Position numbers and translations under genes: made by a program | Shown here: in pieces, positions 8,245 through 17,869 of the stretch | How the letters are laid out: every line of letters starts with the position of its first letter | Numbering within the stretch: position 1 is the stretch's first letter | Notes under the pieces: generated by a model | Told to the model about the DNA's origin: nothing | Database searches by the model: none | Seen by the model: only the letters and a program-made list of their open reading frames with translations | DNA from: Candidatus Thorarchaeota archaeon SMTZ1-45 | GTDB lineage: Archaea > Asgardarchaeota > Thorarchaeia > Thorarchaeales > Thorarchaeaceae | Reading direction: 5' to 3' | Assembly: GCA_001563335.1 (NCBI GenBank) | Contig: LRSL01000010.1 | Coordinates: 1-30,341 of the forward strand | Length of the DNA: 30,341 nt

Positions 8245-10171
8245 TGATCTCCCCTCCTTGAGTCTTTGATATTGTGGATGTTGAAATGGTATCAGATTTG
8301 ACGCTTGCAGCCAGTTCCAATTCAGTCAGAGTTTGGTGAATATTATGATAAAGCCCCTTCTCAGCGATCAAGCTCTCATGAGAACCAATTTCAACGATTT
8401 TTCCACGTTCCATCATTACAATTAGATCTGCATTTCTTACTGTACTCAAGCGATGAGTGATTATGAAGGTGGTTCGTCCTTTCATTAAGTTCTCCAGTGC
8501 TTGTTGAATCAGCATTTCTGTCCTCGCATCAACTGAGCTAGTAGAATCATCAAGTATCAGAATCCGTGGGTCAGCGAGTAGAGCTCTGGCAATCGCAATC
8601 CTTTGTTTTTGTCCTCCACTGAGTGTGACACCTCGCTCACCCACTTCAGAGTCATATCCATCTTCAAGTGTCACAATAAAGTCATGTATCATAGCTGCTT
8701 TCGCAGCATCCATGACCTCCTCAATTGATGCATCTGGTCGTGCAAAAGCTATATTGTTCCTCAAAGATGCTGAGAAGAGAAATGGGTCTTGATGCACTAT
8801 TCCAATTCGTTTTCGTAATTCACTTATCGCACAGAGCCGAATATCCACACCATCGATGCAGAGTGTACCCGGGGATTGAACCCTGATTTTTTCACCGTTT
8901 TTCTCAATATGACCATTTTCCACTTTTATTTCTGAACCATCGATAATAACACAACCAGTCTCATCAACACGATAGACCTTTCCGTTATGCCTGACCGTAT
9001 AGTCTTGGTCCACATCATAGAATCTTGGAATTAGATTGACTAGACTGGTTTTCCCTGAACCAGTCCCTCCAAGTAATGCTACCACTTGTCCCGGTTTCAC
9101 ATGAAGCGAAATATCCTGAAGAATATGTTTCTCTCCCCTATAGCTGAAATAGACATTATCAAAATCAATAGCTCCCAAGAAGTCAGAAACGTCGACAGGT
9201 TCCTCTGGGTCCATCACTTCCTCAATAGAGTCCAAGATGTAGAAGGTGCGATCTCCCGCGGCTGCTGCACGTTGATACATACCCACTCCCCAACTGAGGA
9301 ACCGTGCTGGGAGCAAGAGCATTCCCACTAGGGTCACAAAACCCACAAACTCACCAAGCGTCAGAATATCATTTAAGATTGACACTCCCCCAATGTATAT
9401 CAACCCTCCAATAGCGAGTCCAAATATTGCGGGGAGCATTGGTTGGAAGAGTGATTGAAGTCTGCTGGCCTCAACCCTCAAGTCAAGAAATCCACGATTC
9501 TCTTTTTCTACTCTTTTGGCTTCCCTCTCCTCCGACGCATATGTTCTAACGACCTTATGTCCGACTACATTCTCCGCAAGTACTGAGCTGAGGACTCCAT
9601 ACTGTTTCCGTGCGGCATAAAATACAGGTCGTACCTTTCGAGCAAAAGAGTATATGAAAATGGCAATCACTGGCAATAGTAGAAGCATGTAGTAAGTAAG
9701 ATCCGAATTCACATTCCACATCACAATGTATGTACCAATGAGCTGTACTGTCCCGATGAATATCACACGATAGCCCCAAAAGAGAAACTCTCTCATCGTG
9801 GTGACATCAGTCGTCGCACGGGCGAGAAGCTGACCTGTTTCATTCTCATCGTAAAAGGCCAAGTCTTTCTCCATCAAACTCTCGTAGAGCTCTTCACGCA
9901 TTGTGTAGATTACCCATTGCGAAGATATTGCTGCTCCATAGCGCCCAATCATGTCAAAGATTGCATAAAGAAGACCCAGTCCAACATAGAGTACTGTGTA
10001 TGGAAAGAGTAAATCAAGTTGCTCACCAAGTAGTACCTCATCGACTATTTCGACAACTACGAGTGGGGTTAGAAGATTGAACATGGTACCAATTGCTGCT
10101 GATATGAGAAAGCCAAAGAATAGACCCTTACGTCTGAGAGAATATCCTATGAGCCTTCTTATATTACCCAT
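8237..10171 (-). CDS. ABC exporter, fused TMD-NBD half transporter (TM287-like subunit)
   Basis: Walker A GGTGSGKT, signature LSGGQ, degenerate Walker B ILILDD; overlaps its partner gene by 8 nt. Confidence 0.95.
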   Translation of the reverse strand: MGNIRRLIGYSLRRKGLFFGFLISAAIGTMFNLLTPLVVVEIVDEVLLGEQLDLLFPYTVLYVGLGLLYAIFDMIGRYGAAISSQWVIYTMREELYESLMEKDLAFYDENETGQLLARATTDVTTMREFLFWGYRVIFIGTVQLIGTYIVMWNVNSDLTYYMLLLLPVIAIFIYSFARKVRPVFYAARKQYGVLSSVLAENVVGHKVVRTYASEEREAKRVEKENRGFLDLRVEASRLQSLFQPMLPAIFGLAIGGLIYIGGVSILNDILTLGEFVGFVTLVGMLLLPARFLSWGVGMYQRAAAAGDRTFYILDSIEEVMDPEEPVDVSDFLGAIDFDNVYFSYRGEKHILQDISLHVKPGQVVALLGGTGSGKTSLVNLIPRFYDVDQDYTVRHNGKVYRVDETGCVIIDGSEIKVENGHIEKNGEKIRVQSPGTLCIDGVDIRLCAISELRKRIGIVHQDPFLFSASLRNNIAFARPDASIEEVMDAAKAAMIHDFIVTLEDGYDSEVGERGVTLSGGQKQRIAIARALLADPRILILDDSTSSVDARTEMLIQQALENLMKGRTTFIITHRLSTVRNADLIVMMERGKIVEIGSHESLIAEKGLYHNIHQTLTELELAASVKSDTISTSTISKTQGGEISE

Positions 10172-10242
10172 TCCGTCAGCTCCACCCTCATCAACAAGAA
10201 TAGAAATGATAAGAATTATGCAGAAGGCATAGTTTCATGTTT

Positions 10243-10659
10243 CTACTGACAACGAGATGCCAGTTTTGTTCCAAGAGCTCGACATTCATCAAGTATCGAG
10301 TCGCTTGGATAATCCTTGGCCTTGATCGGTTTCCCTTCAATAAGACTAGCTCCCAAATCTTTCAGCCTATCCGCAATCTCATCTGGGGCTTCTCCACTCC
10401 ATCCGTAGGACCCAAAAGCTGCTGCTGGTAGTCCATTAAGTGCTGGTAGTTCCGAGAGTAACCGCTTGACCATAGGTAGTGTTCTCTTCATTCGCGTCGA
10501 GCTTCCCAGTGCTAAGGCACATATATCATCAATTCCCGGAAACTCTCTTGCGTCGAATATAACGCACTCAGCTCCTGTAGATATCACGCTCTCGTATATT
10601 GCCTCAGCCATTGCCTTTGTCCTCCCTCTAGTACTCTCATATACTACTGCTACTTTCAT
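10243..10659 (-). CDS. Flavodoxin (FprA C-terminal-like)
   Basis: VVYESTRGRTKAMA FMN-binding loop and AFGSYGWSGEA motif. Start re-placed at MKVAVV (10659) to avoid overlap with the divergent gene. Confidence 0.9.
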   Translation of the reverse strand: MKVAVVYESTRGRTKAMAEAIYESVISTGAECVIFDAREFPGIDDICALALGSSTRMKRTLPMVKRLLSELPALNGLPAAAFGSYGWSGEAPDEIADRLKDLGASLIEGKPIKAKDYPSDSILDECRALGTKLASRCQ

Positions 10660-10771
10660 TGTGATTCCCGTGGGGAGTATGACAATGTAACAAAAGAGTA
10701 TCGAAATGGGATTTTCAATTCCCCTGAACCACTGCTTACATAAGGTCGAACTCACTTACAATAAACCAAGC

Positions 10772-11455
10772 ATGAGCGATGACAAAATCACTGTCAAGAT
10801 GAGATTCCTCGCTAAACAAATTTGCAATGTGTTGATCCGCTATTATGGTAAAGCAGTCAGTGCAAGAAAGTTAGCTCCACTTGATGAACTTGTGATGACA
10901 ATCTTGAGTCAGCATACAAATGATACAAACATGTTTAGAGCATATGAGGCATTGAAAGAAAGATTTCCTACATGGGAAGAAGTACTGAATGCATCTCAGG
11001 ACGAAGTGGCTTTATTCATCAAATCATCAGGAATGTACAATCTCAAGGCTAAACGTATTCAGGCTACACTAAGAGAGATCAACGAGAGAGTTGGGAGACT
11101 TGACCTATCCCTTCTTGAAACTATGGAGGTAGACAAAGCAAAAAAATGGTTGACCTCGCTACATGGAGTTGGCCCGAAGACGGCTGCAATAGTTCTACTC
11201 TTTTCTTTTGAACGTCCCGTTTTACCAGTTGACACTCATGTCTGGAGAGTCACAAAACGTCTTGGTCTAATTGATGAAAAAGTTACTCGCGAGAAGGCTC
11301 ATGTGCTTCTTGAGGAAATCATGCCTCAGAGTTGCATTCCCTCTCTGAATAAGAATCTGGTTCGCCATGGTCGAGAGGTCTGCAAGGCTCTAAATCCCAA
11401 TTGCGATGAGTGTTTTTTGAGTCACCTATGTAAATACTACAAATCGCTCAAATGA
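10772..11455 (+). CDS. nth: Endonuclease III family DNA glycosylase/AP lyase
   Basis: HhH motif LHGVGPKTA with catalytic Lys, VDTHV motif, and Cx6Cx2Cx5C 4Fe-4S motif. Start at 10772 preferred over 10706. Confidence 0.92.
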   Translation: MSDDKITVKMRFLAKQICNVLIRYYGKAVSARKLAPLDELVMTILSQHTNDTNMFRAYEALKERFPTWEEVLNASQDEVALFIKSSGMYNLKAKRIQATLREINERVGRLDLSLLETMEVDKAKKWLTSLHGVGPKTAAIVLLFSFERPVLPVDTHVWRVTKRLGLIDEKVTREKAHVLLEEIMPQSCIPSLNKNLVRHGREVCKALNPNCDECFLSHLCKYYKSLK

Positions 11456-11588
11456 AAAAATGCTCCAGTATTAATTGAACTGGCCAAACATATGTTTCAT
11501 ATCTGTCACCTATACGCCACTTTAAAAGGAACAACAACCTTTCTTCCAATAAACAATGATACAAATCTCTCGCGGAGTGAAATGCTAG

Positions 11589-12929
11589 ATGCAGGTAGTC
11601 TTTACCCCTGGGACGCTGTTATTGATTGGTCTAGCGCTTGTTCTAGCCTATTTTGGCGCTGAGATAATGACGAGATTTGGTATTCCCAAAATATTAGGGT
11701 TCATGCTTGCAGGGCTGTTTCTCGGAGTAACTGGAGTGCTTAGTGATGCCACTCGAATCGCGCTATTCCCGCTTGTTGATCTCGCTCTGGGGCTCATAGG
11801 ATACAACATAGGTCTGGAAATCAGGAAAGAGGTCTTTAGCGGACAGACACGACGGATGTCTGTTATTCTCATTTTGGAATCAATCCTGACATTTGCTATA
11901 GTCACGGTGCTGACTGGACTTCTACTTGGTGCATGGCATATTGCCATTGTTTTTGGAGCCCTTGCCAGTGCCACTGATCCTGCCTCTACAGTGATGGTGA
12001 TTTGGGAGCGTAAATGTAAGGGGAACCTCACTGACACCCTTATGTTCATACTTGCAATGGATGATGTCATAGCGATTCTCTTAGCTGATGCTGCAATTAC
12101 CATAGCAGTTCTTTTCTATGCTACTCCAGGTACTATAACTCTCATAAGTGCCACAGCATCTCTGATCTATGAGATAGTTGCGTCATCCGCCATTGGTGCA
12201 CTTCTTGGGTTTGTGATGGTCTTTTTTGTGAACAAGGAGGAGAATCGTCGGGAAATATTGGAATTCGAGCTTGGTATGATTGTCTTGCTTGTAGGACTGA
12301 TGTCTTGGTTGCATCTAAGCGCAATTCTCTCTTGCATGGTGTTTGGTTTTGTAGTTGGAAACTATGTGAGCACTGAAAAAGAACCTATCAGCCACACACT
12401 AAAAGTCGTCATGTCACCAATTGTGATGATTTTCTTCGTCATCGTTGGTGCATCAATTGACCTTGGCGTCATTGCAAATGCCTTTGTGGTCATTCTTGCT
12501 GCGACATATGTTGGGGGCAGAACCTTTGCCAAGTACTTCGGTGCGAGGGTGGGAGCTCAGATGACAAGAACACCCCCTCTCACAACAAGATATCTGGGAC
12601 TATGTCTTATGTCACAGGCTGGAGTAGCGGTTGGGTTGTCTCTCATTGTAGAGCAAAACTTTCTCTCGATTGGGAATGCAGAGGCAATCTTCTATGGCAT
12701 TTTGATTCTCAACGTTATTGCATTGACAACAATGATCCTCCAAGTGTTTGGTCCAATTGCTGCTAGCGAGGGTCTCCGAAGAGCTGGAGAGTACCCACCT
12801 GATCTGTGTGGACCTGATGATAACTATGACATCGAAGCTATTGTATCATCTCAAAATAGTCCTGATAACGAACAGGACACAGTTAATGACCCCGCTCAGG
12901 ATTCTGATGATCTCCTGAGAGATGGTTAG
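11589..12929 (+). CDS. Cation:proton antiporter (CPA2/Kef-like), paralog 1
   Basis: About 12-13 TM helices, SATDPA, AMDD, GRTFAKY and SQAGVAVGL motifs; acidic C-terminal tail. Confidence 0.9.
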   Translation: MQVVFTPGTLLLIGLALVLAYFGAEIMTRFGIPKILGFMLAGLFLGVTGVLSDATRIALFPLVDLALGLIGYNIGLEIRKEVFSGQTRRMSVILILESILTFAIVTVLTGLLLGAWHIAIVFGALASATDPASTVMVIWERKCKGNLTDTLMFILAMDDVIAILLADAAITIAVLFYATPGTITLISATASLIYEIVASSAIGALLGFVMVFFVNKEENRREILEFELGMIVLLVGLMSWLHLSAILSCMVFGFVVGNYVSTEKEPISHTLKVVMSPIVMIFFVIVGASIDLGVIANAFVVILAATYVGGRTFAKYFGARVGAQMTRTPPLTTRYLGLCLMSQAGVAVGLSLIVEQNFLSIGNAEAIFYGILILNVIALTTMILQVFGPIAASEGLRRAGEYPPDLCGPDDNYDIEAIVSSQNSPDNEQDTVNDPAQDSDDLLRDG

Positions 12930-13138
12930 GTGTCGTGTATCTTAGCAGACATTCCTCTTGAATACCAACCCATGGAGATAAAGTTCTCTTCACAGTGTCA
13001 AAGTCAATGTTAGAATCTGTATCAAAATTTTGTAATCAATGATGTACAAATCCATGCAATGATGTAATTAGTAATCTTCAAATGGTTTCAAATATTTTAT
13101 AGACACCCGTTTCTAGAACAACACTGGAGCTTTGGCTC

Positions 13139-14455
13139 TTGGACCATTTCCTATTGACAATCGGTGCAGCCCTTGTTCTGGCATATATAGGTGCCTTCAT
13201 ACTCAAGAAGCTTGGCATCTCTCAGACGTTTGGATTTATGCTCGCTGGTATTGTTTTAGGTTTAACAAGTATATTGACTGAGCAAACAATTCATGACTTA
13301 CAGTCCTTTGTTGCTCTAGCTTTAGGACTGATAGGCTACAATATTGGTCATGAATTAAGTAGTCCTAATCTCACAAAAGGAAGAATACGAAAACTCATTC
13401 TTATAGTTTTTATAGAGGCTACAACTGCCTTTCTTTTGGTTACATTTCTGACTTTCATAATCCTCTCATCTCTTGGATTTCCCCATCCACTTCCTGCAAC
13501 AATACTCCTTGGGGCTATAGCCAGCGCAACCGCTCCTGCTGCAACAGCTAATGTGGTTTGGGAGTGTGCCTGTGAAGGACCTGTGACTTTCTCGCTTATG
13601 TTTGTCCTCGCTGCTGATGATATTATTGCAGTTATACTAACAAACTCCGCTATTGCCTTTGGGTTATGGGTCTATGTTCCTGGTTCACAAGGCTTCACAT
13701 CTGTGTTAATCGAGCCTGTGATAGGTATCTTCTGTTCTGTGATTATGGGAATTGTGTTTGGTTTGATTTTTCTTTATCCTGTCAACATCGAGAAGGATAG
13801 AGGAGCACTACTCGAGCTTGAGATTGGAATGGTTATTCTATTGATTGGTCTCATAGAATTTCTAAACATTTTTTTCAGGTCTCAAGGGCTATTGATTCAA
13901 TTTAGTGACATCTTTGCTGCTATGGTCTTTGGTTATCTAGTAGGGTCACGAATTAGTCATGATAAAGAGCAAGTTCCCGAATTACTCGAACATGTCATGG
14001 CTCCTATCGTGATGATTTTTTTTGTCATGGTAGGGGCTAGGATGATACAGCTTCTAACGACCTATGAAACCCTCCTTCTGGTTATCATTACCGTTGGTTT
14101 GTATCTTGGTGGTGGAGCGTTTGGGAAGTACTTCGGAACTGCACTTGGAGGCAGAATTGTAAACGAAGTTCCTGCAATACAATTATACTTGGGTCGGTGT
14201 CTCCTATGTCAAGCTGGTGTTGCTTTAGGCTTATCTTTCATTATTGAGGAAACATTTTTTGCACTAGGTGGTGAAGCTCAGATAATGGGCGGTATGATTC
14301 TTGGGGTTGTTGCTCTTTCAACTATGATTCTAGAATTGATCGGACCCATGGCTGTGAGGCGGAGTTTGGTGTCAGCTAATGAATGTTCTGCGTGTCGTGA
14401 TGCATTTCAGTCTCATGATGATATACATCTTGACGTTTCTGATAACAGGCCTTGA
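13139..14455 (+). CDS. Cation:proton antiporter (CPA2/Kef-like), paralog 2
   Basis: SATAPA, AADD, GKY and CQAGVALGL motifs; clearly similar to the upstream paralog; TTG start with GGAG RBS. Confidence 0.9.
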   Translation: MDHFLLTIGAALVLAYIGAFILKKLGISQTFGFMLAGIVLGLTSILTEQTIHDLQSFVALALGLIGYNIGHELSSPNLTKGRIRKLILIVFIEATTAFLLVTFLTFIILSSLGFPHPLPATILLGAIASATAPAATANVVWECACEGPVTFSLMFVLAADDIIAVILTNSAIAFGLWVYVPGSQGFTSVLIEPVIGIFCSVIMGIVFGLIFLYPVNIEKDRGALLELEIGMVILLIGLIEFLNIFFRSQGLLIQFSDIFAAMVFGYLVGSRISHDKEQVPELLEHVMAPIVMIFFVMVGARMIQLLTTYETLLLVIITVGLYLGGGAFGKYFGTALGGRIVNEVPAIQLYLGRCLLCQAGVALGLSFIIEETFFALGGEAQIMGGMILGVVALSTMILELIGPMAVRRSLVSANECSACRDAFQSHDDIHLDVSDNRP

Positions 14456-14554
14456 TCTAAATTAGATGATGATGAGTTAAATTCTGAAGAGGATTATGAA
14501 ATAGAAAACTGATTTCCAACAAATTAACAAAGACCCATTACATTATCTAAGCTC

Positions 14555-14848
14555 ATGACAAATGAAGATTGTATTCGTGATGAGCCTTGGCAGATTTTGT
14601 GTCGGGTTGTAAGGCAAGAGGGAAGCTGCGCAGCTGGTCATGAGGTTGGAGATGAAGTCCTCTTTACTGGTGAAGAAGTGAAGGGAAAGATCTGTATCAG
14701 TGCTCTGTACTCCATGATGCCAAAAATCTATGCCATGATGTATAATGCCCAGTTCCCTTGGTTGAAGGATCAGTGCGTTTCTACACACGCTTGTCCCGAT
14801 GGATTCAATCCTCTTATGTTTGAGTTACATCGCATTCCTCGTGACTGA
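14555..14848 (+). CDS. TIGR04076-like small Cys-containing protein
   Basis: Family pattern G-x-C-x-x-GH-x-VGD ... IC-x-x-A ... CPD ... FEL-x-R. Confidence 0.8.
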   Translation: MTNEDCIRDEPWQILCRVVRQEGSCAAGHEVGDEVLFTGEEVKGKICISALYSMMPKIYAMMYNAQFPWLKDQCVSTHACPDGFNPLMFELHRIPRD

Positions 14849-14849
14849 G

Positions 14850-15227
14850 TCAGAAGTCGTCTTCCATGACCTCATCCGCCTCCCCTAGGAGTGGGTCCTC
14901 GTTTGGATCCATCAAAGGTGTAAAAGCTCCCTGAAGATCCTCTAGGACGGCATCTCTCTCAGGCCTGTTTGACATAACAGGTGCAATACGGCCATACCAT
15001 CCACAATCTATACAATAAAACGCAGGTTGAAAAGAGCCAGGAAAAATCCCAAGATCATGTGCTGATGTCAGGTCCACAAGTCGTGGACTTTTGCAGACTG
15101 GACAAATTGGAAGGTCTACATTAAAGCCCTTTCTCTTCCACTCATCTAGAGCCTGCTGGACAGCCATAAGTCTTCTTAGTTCCTGTAGCTCTTTCTTTGA
15201 TAATTGTCCGGTGGCTGGTCTTGACAT
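14850..15227 (-). CDS. Zinc-ribbon protein
   Basis: CPVC...CIDCGW motif and acidic tail. Start placed at MSRPAT (15227) behind a GGTGA RBS; the track ORF extends to 15338. Confidence 0.8.
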   Translation of the reverse strand: MSRPATGQLSKKELQELRRLMAVQQALDEWKRKGFNVDLPICPVCKSPRLVDLTSAHDLGIFPGSFQPAFYCIDCGWYGRIAPVMSNRPERDAVLEDLQGAFTPLMDPNEDPLLGEADEVMEDDF

Positions 15228-15352
15228 CCATGTCACCGAGCCAATTGCTAGTAGAACCAATTTACCTTTTGTGATAGACGACTGTTTGTACCACCGAGCG
15301 ACCTCAGACGCATTCATAAGGTCTGAAACATTCAACACTCACAGGTGATGAG

Positions 15353-15841
15353 ATGCCACGTGCTGGAGAGTGGAACAAGAGGATCGATATCATCCTTGTT
15401 GCTATCTCCATAGTGACCCTCTCTGGAGCCCTCTGGATTTGGGTATCAGCAATGGCTGTTTCAAAAGAGATAGTCTTTCTTGCTACCACCATAGCTCTTG
15501 TGATCTCTTTGGTCCTAGTTCTGAATGTGGCTGTTCTAGTTGTCATTCGTCTTCAGAGAAGAGTTTCGCATCTCGAAGGCATCATGAAGATGTCAAATGC
15601 TCAAGAGGTCTCTCCAGAAAAAATACTGGTGGTAACACTCACCAATACTGAACGTCGTATAATTAATCGTCTAGAAGAGAATGGTGGCCAGATGGCTCAG
15701 GATGAATTACGAAGAGCTACGGGACTGAGTAAGTCTACCCTTAGTGTCACTCTTTCCACTCTCGAACGAAAATCGCTAATTCGTCGAACTGAGAGCGGTC
15801 GAACAAAGATAGTGACACTTGAGCATGATGTCGCTAAGTAG
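15353..15841 (+). CDS. Membrane-anchored winged-HTH (MarR-like) transcriptional regulator
   Basis: Two N-terminal TM helices; LTNTERRII...QDELRRATGLSKSTLSVTLSTLERKSLIRR...GRTKIV wHTH; AGGTGA RBS. Confidence 0.88.
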   Translation: MPRAGEWNKRIDIILVAISIVTLSGALWIWVSAMAVSKEIVFLATTIALVISLVLVLNVAVLVVIRLQRRVSHLEGIMKMSNAQEVSPEKILVVTLTNTERRIINRLEENGGQMAQDELRRATGLSKSTLSVTLSTLERKSLIRRTESGRTKIVTLEHDVAK

Positions 15842-16011
15842 TCTATAAGTTCCTTTTCGAACGTTAAAAGACCCTCATAACTTTCCGTGTTAAACGAAAA
15901 GCCATCATAGCCATCTTTCCTCATTAAGATTGAACTGTTCACAGAAAACTGCTATTATAGTATCTATCACCCATATTTGATGTCAAAAAACCATCGAGAT
16001 GAAAAGACACG

Positions 16012-17796
16012 ATGAAACCAATGATAAAACAACTTACATCTCTAGCTCTACTCTCAAGTATCATAGTTCTGGGAGTAGGGACGAATGCCGCAATTGCTCT
16101 TGATGGAACCTTTAGCTCTGCACAGATTGTCAGTCCATTCACTGAGATGCAACCTGGTGTATATGTTGCGTGGCAGTGGTGGAATGAAACTGGAAGTGAC
16201 TATTCTGTTCCAATTGATCCTGGTTATTTCTCTCGCATGACTGACGATTATTATTACACTGAATATCATGTGGAAGACATCTTTGATAATAGCTATACTA
16301 TCACCGAAATTAGCTTCTACAACTGGACATCTGATTGGGCGTTCTCTAATCTCCTTGTTGTTATCCTTCTGGATCCTGATGCATCATATATGTCTTGGAT
16401 GTCACAACAACCAAGCATTGCAGATGACATCTGGGGAATATATTGGTGGCCTCATGAAGAGGCACTTACTGGGGATGAGGTATTCATCTATTCCTCTTTC
16501 TATTATTCTGAATACAACTCAAGCAGCTATTACTATGCTGAATATGTTTGGCAAGATGAGGATGGACTCCCAGTTGATCCAAACGCAGTAATTCCAATTC
16601 TGAAGCCCGAATATGAGTGGGTTTCCTTCATGAACGAGACCTATGAGTATGACTATGACTGGGACTACTGCGGGTTTGGCTATGATGTCAATGAGATGTT
16701 CAGGGCTGATAATACCGAACACTGGATGAACCATTATTTCTCAGGCTTCAGCACATTTAACGATACAAATGGTAACGGTCGAATGGACATTGTTTACAGC
16801 GAGGTGGAGTATGACTTCGACGAGGATGGCATCATCGATTGGACTTGGTACCAGATGAACGAAACAGCCTCAGAGTTCGTCTATGGATTTCATACTACAA
16901 ATGCCGAACTAGGTGCAATCTCGACACCTCACATCAACTCAGACAATCAGATAGAGTGGAGTGCAGAGATTGTTGATATCCAAGGTGCATTGATGAGATA
17001 TCCTCCCTATGATGTTTGGTTCTTTGATGCCCCCTATATTGATGACTACTTCATAGATCAAAAAACAATACCTGTTGTTGTTGACAGCTTCGAGCTCACG
17101 TTTAGATTTGAAACCACCAGTGATGCAGCGGTTGTCAAGATTGACCAGTACATTGGTGACTTCAACGACCCTTTCACTGGAGAGGTTTCAACAGACCTGG
17201 AGGGTCTAGGACTCACTATCAATTACTGGAGTTCTTTCACAAGCCATGTGATTCCTGAGGTCCCTGTTGATCCAACCAATCCTGACCCCCTCCCTGGAAA
17301 TGAATCAAAACCCACAGAAATGCCACCTGAGAGTATTCCCCAGGATGAAGACTGGGTTCTCCTCCAAACTGATTCACTTGAGTCTACTGACGTTCCAGGC
17401 GGTTCTCTCCGATTCTCCGACGAAACCAGAACTCGATCAACGGTCGACTTTGGTGGAACATATGTCTGGGGTCGGGACGGACAGACTTATGATGTAGTAC
17501 CAGCCATAATGCCCTACTACTTCTATGCTGTCCCCATGCTCGCGGAATCCACCACCGATCTAGCCTATGCTGGTTGTTGCTGGTGGGGGCAAACTTACTA
17601 CTACAGCTCCTGCTATGCACAATGGGATGGCTACTCAATTACTCACGACCCAATATTCTCAGTGTTTCCGACGACCGCACCCTCTTCTGCAAGCGCCTTT
17701 ATTTCGGGTCTAATTTGGTCTTCAGTTGTTGTTGGTGTCTTTGGTGTAGCCGCAATCTTAGTGGTATTTTTGAGAATAAACTCTGAGAGAAAGTGA
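16012..17796 (+). CDS. Secreted, C-terminally anchored acidic/aromatic-rich surface protein
   Basis: Signal peptide, Y/W/D-rich body, DTNGNG and DFDEDG Ca-binding-like loops, Pro-rich linker, C-terminal TM helix plus basic tail. Confidence 0.88.
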   Translation: MKPMIKQLTSLALLSSIIVLGVGTNAAIALDGTFSSAQIVSPFTEMQPGVYVAWQWWNETGSDYSVPIDPGYFSRMTDDYYYTEYHVEDIFDNSYTITEISFYNWTSDWAFSNLLVVILLDPDASYMSWMSQQPSIADDIWGIYWWPHEEALTGDEVFIYSSFYYSEYNSSSYYYAEYVWQDEDGLPVDPNAVIPILKPEYEWVSFMNETYEYDYDWDYCGFGYDVNEMFRADNTEHWMNHYFSGFSTFNDTNGNGRMDIVYSEVEYDFDEDGIIDWTWYQMNETASEFVYGFHTTNAELGAISTPHINSDNQIEWSAEIVDIQGALMRYPPYDVWFFDAPYIDDYFIDQKTIPVVVDSFELTFRFETTSDAAVVKIDQYIGDFNDPFTGEVSTDLEGLGLTINYWSSFTSHVIPEVPVDPTNPDPLPGNESKPTEMPPESIPQDEDWVLLQTDSLESTDVPGGSLRFSDETRTRSTVDFGGTYVWGRDGQTYDVVPAIMPYYFYAVPMLAESTTDLAYAGCCWWGQTYYYSSCYAQWDGYSITHDPIFSVFPTTAPSSASAFISGLIWSSVVVGVFGVAAILVVFLRINSERK

Positions 17797-17809
17797 TGTA
17801 ATTGAAACC

Positions 17810-17842
17810 GGGAGCGGTCTTCCGCTCCCACCCTTTTTCTTT
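17810..17842 (+). terminator. Hairpin followed by a T-rich tract
   Basis: GGGAGCGG-tctt-CCGCTCCC (17810-17829) followed by ACCCTTTTTCTTT. Confidence 0.7.
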
Positions 17843-17869
17843 AATGCTAATTCTAAAAAGAGAGTAGGC

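Noticed and set aside
8876-9010. Intein or intron as the explanation for the ABC NBD insertion
   Set aside because: It is too short, has no C/S...HN splice junctions, is in frame and resembles the neighbouring hairpin.
10660-10771. N-terminal extensions of flavodoxin (to 10755) and endonuclease III (from 10706)
   Set aside because: They would make divergent genes overlap head-to-head; family homology starts at the downstream ATGs.
14555-14848. Selenoprotein candidate
   Set aside because: All motif positions are Cys codons and there is no internal in-frame TGA.
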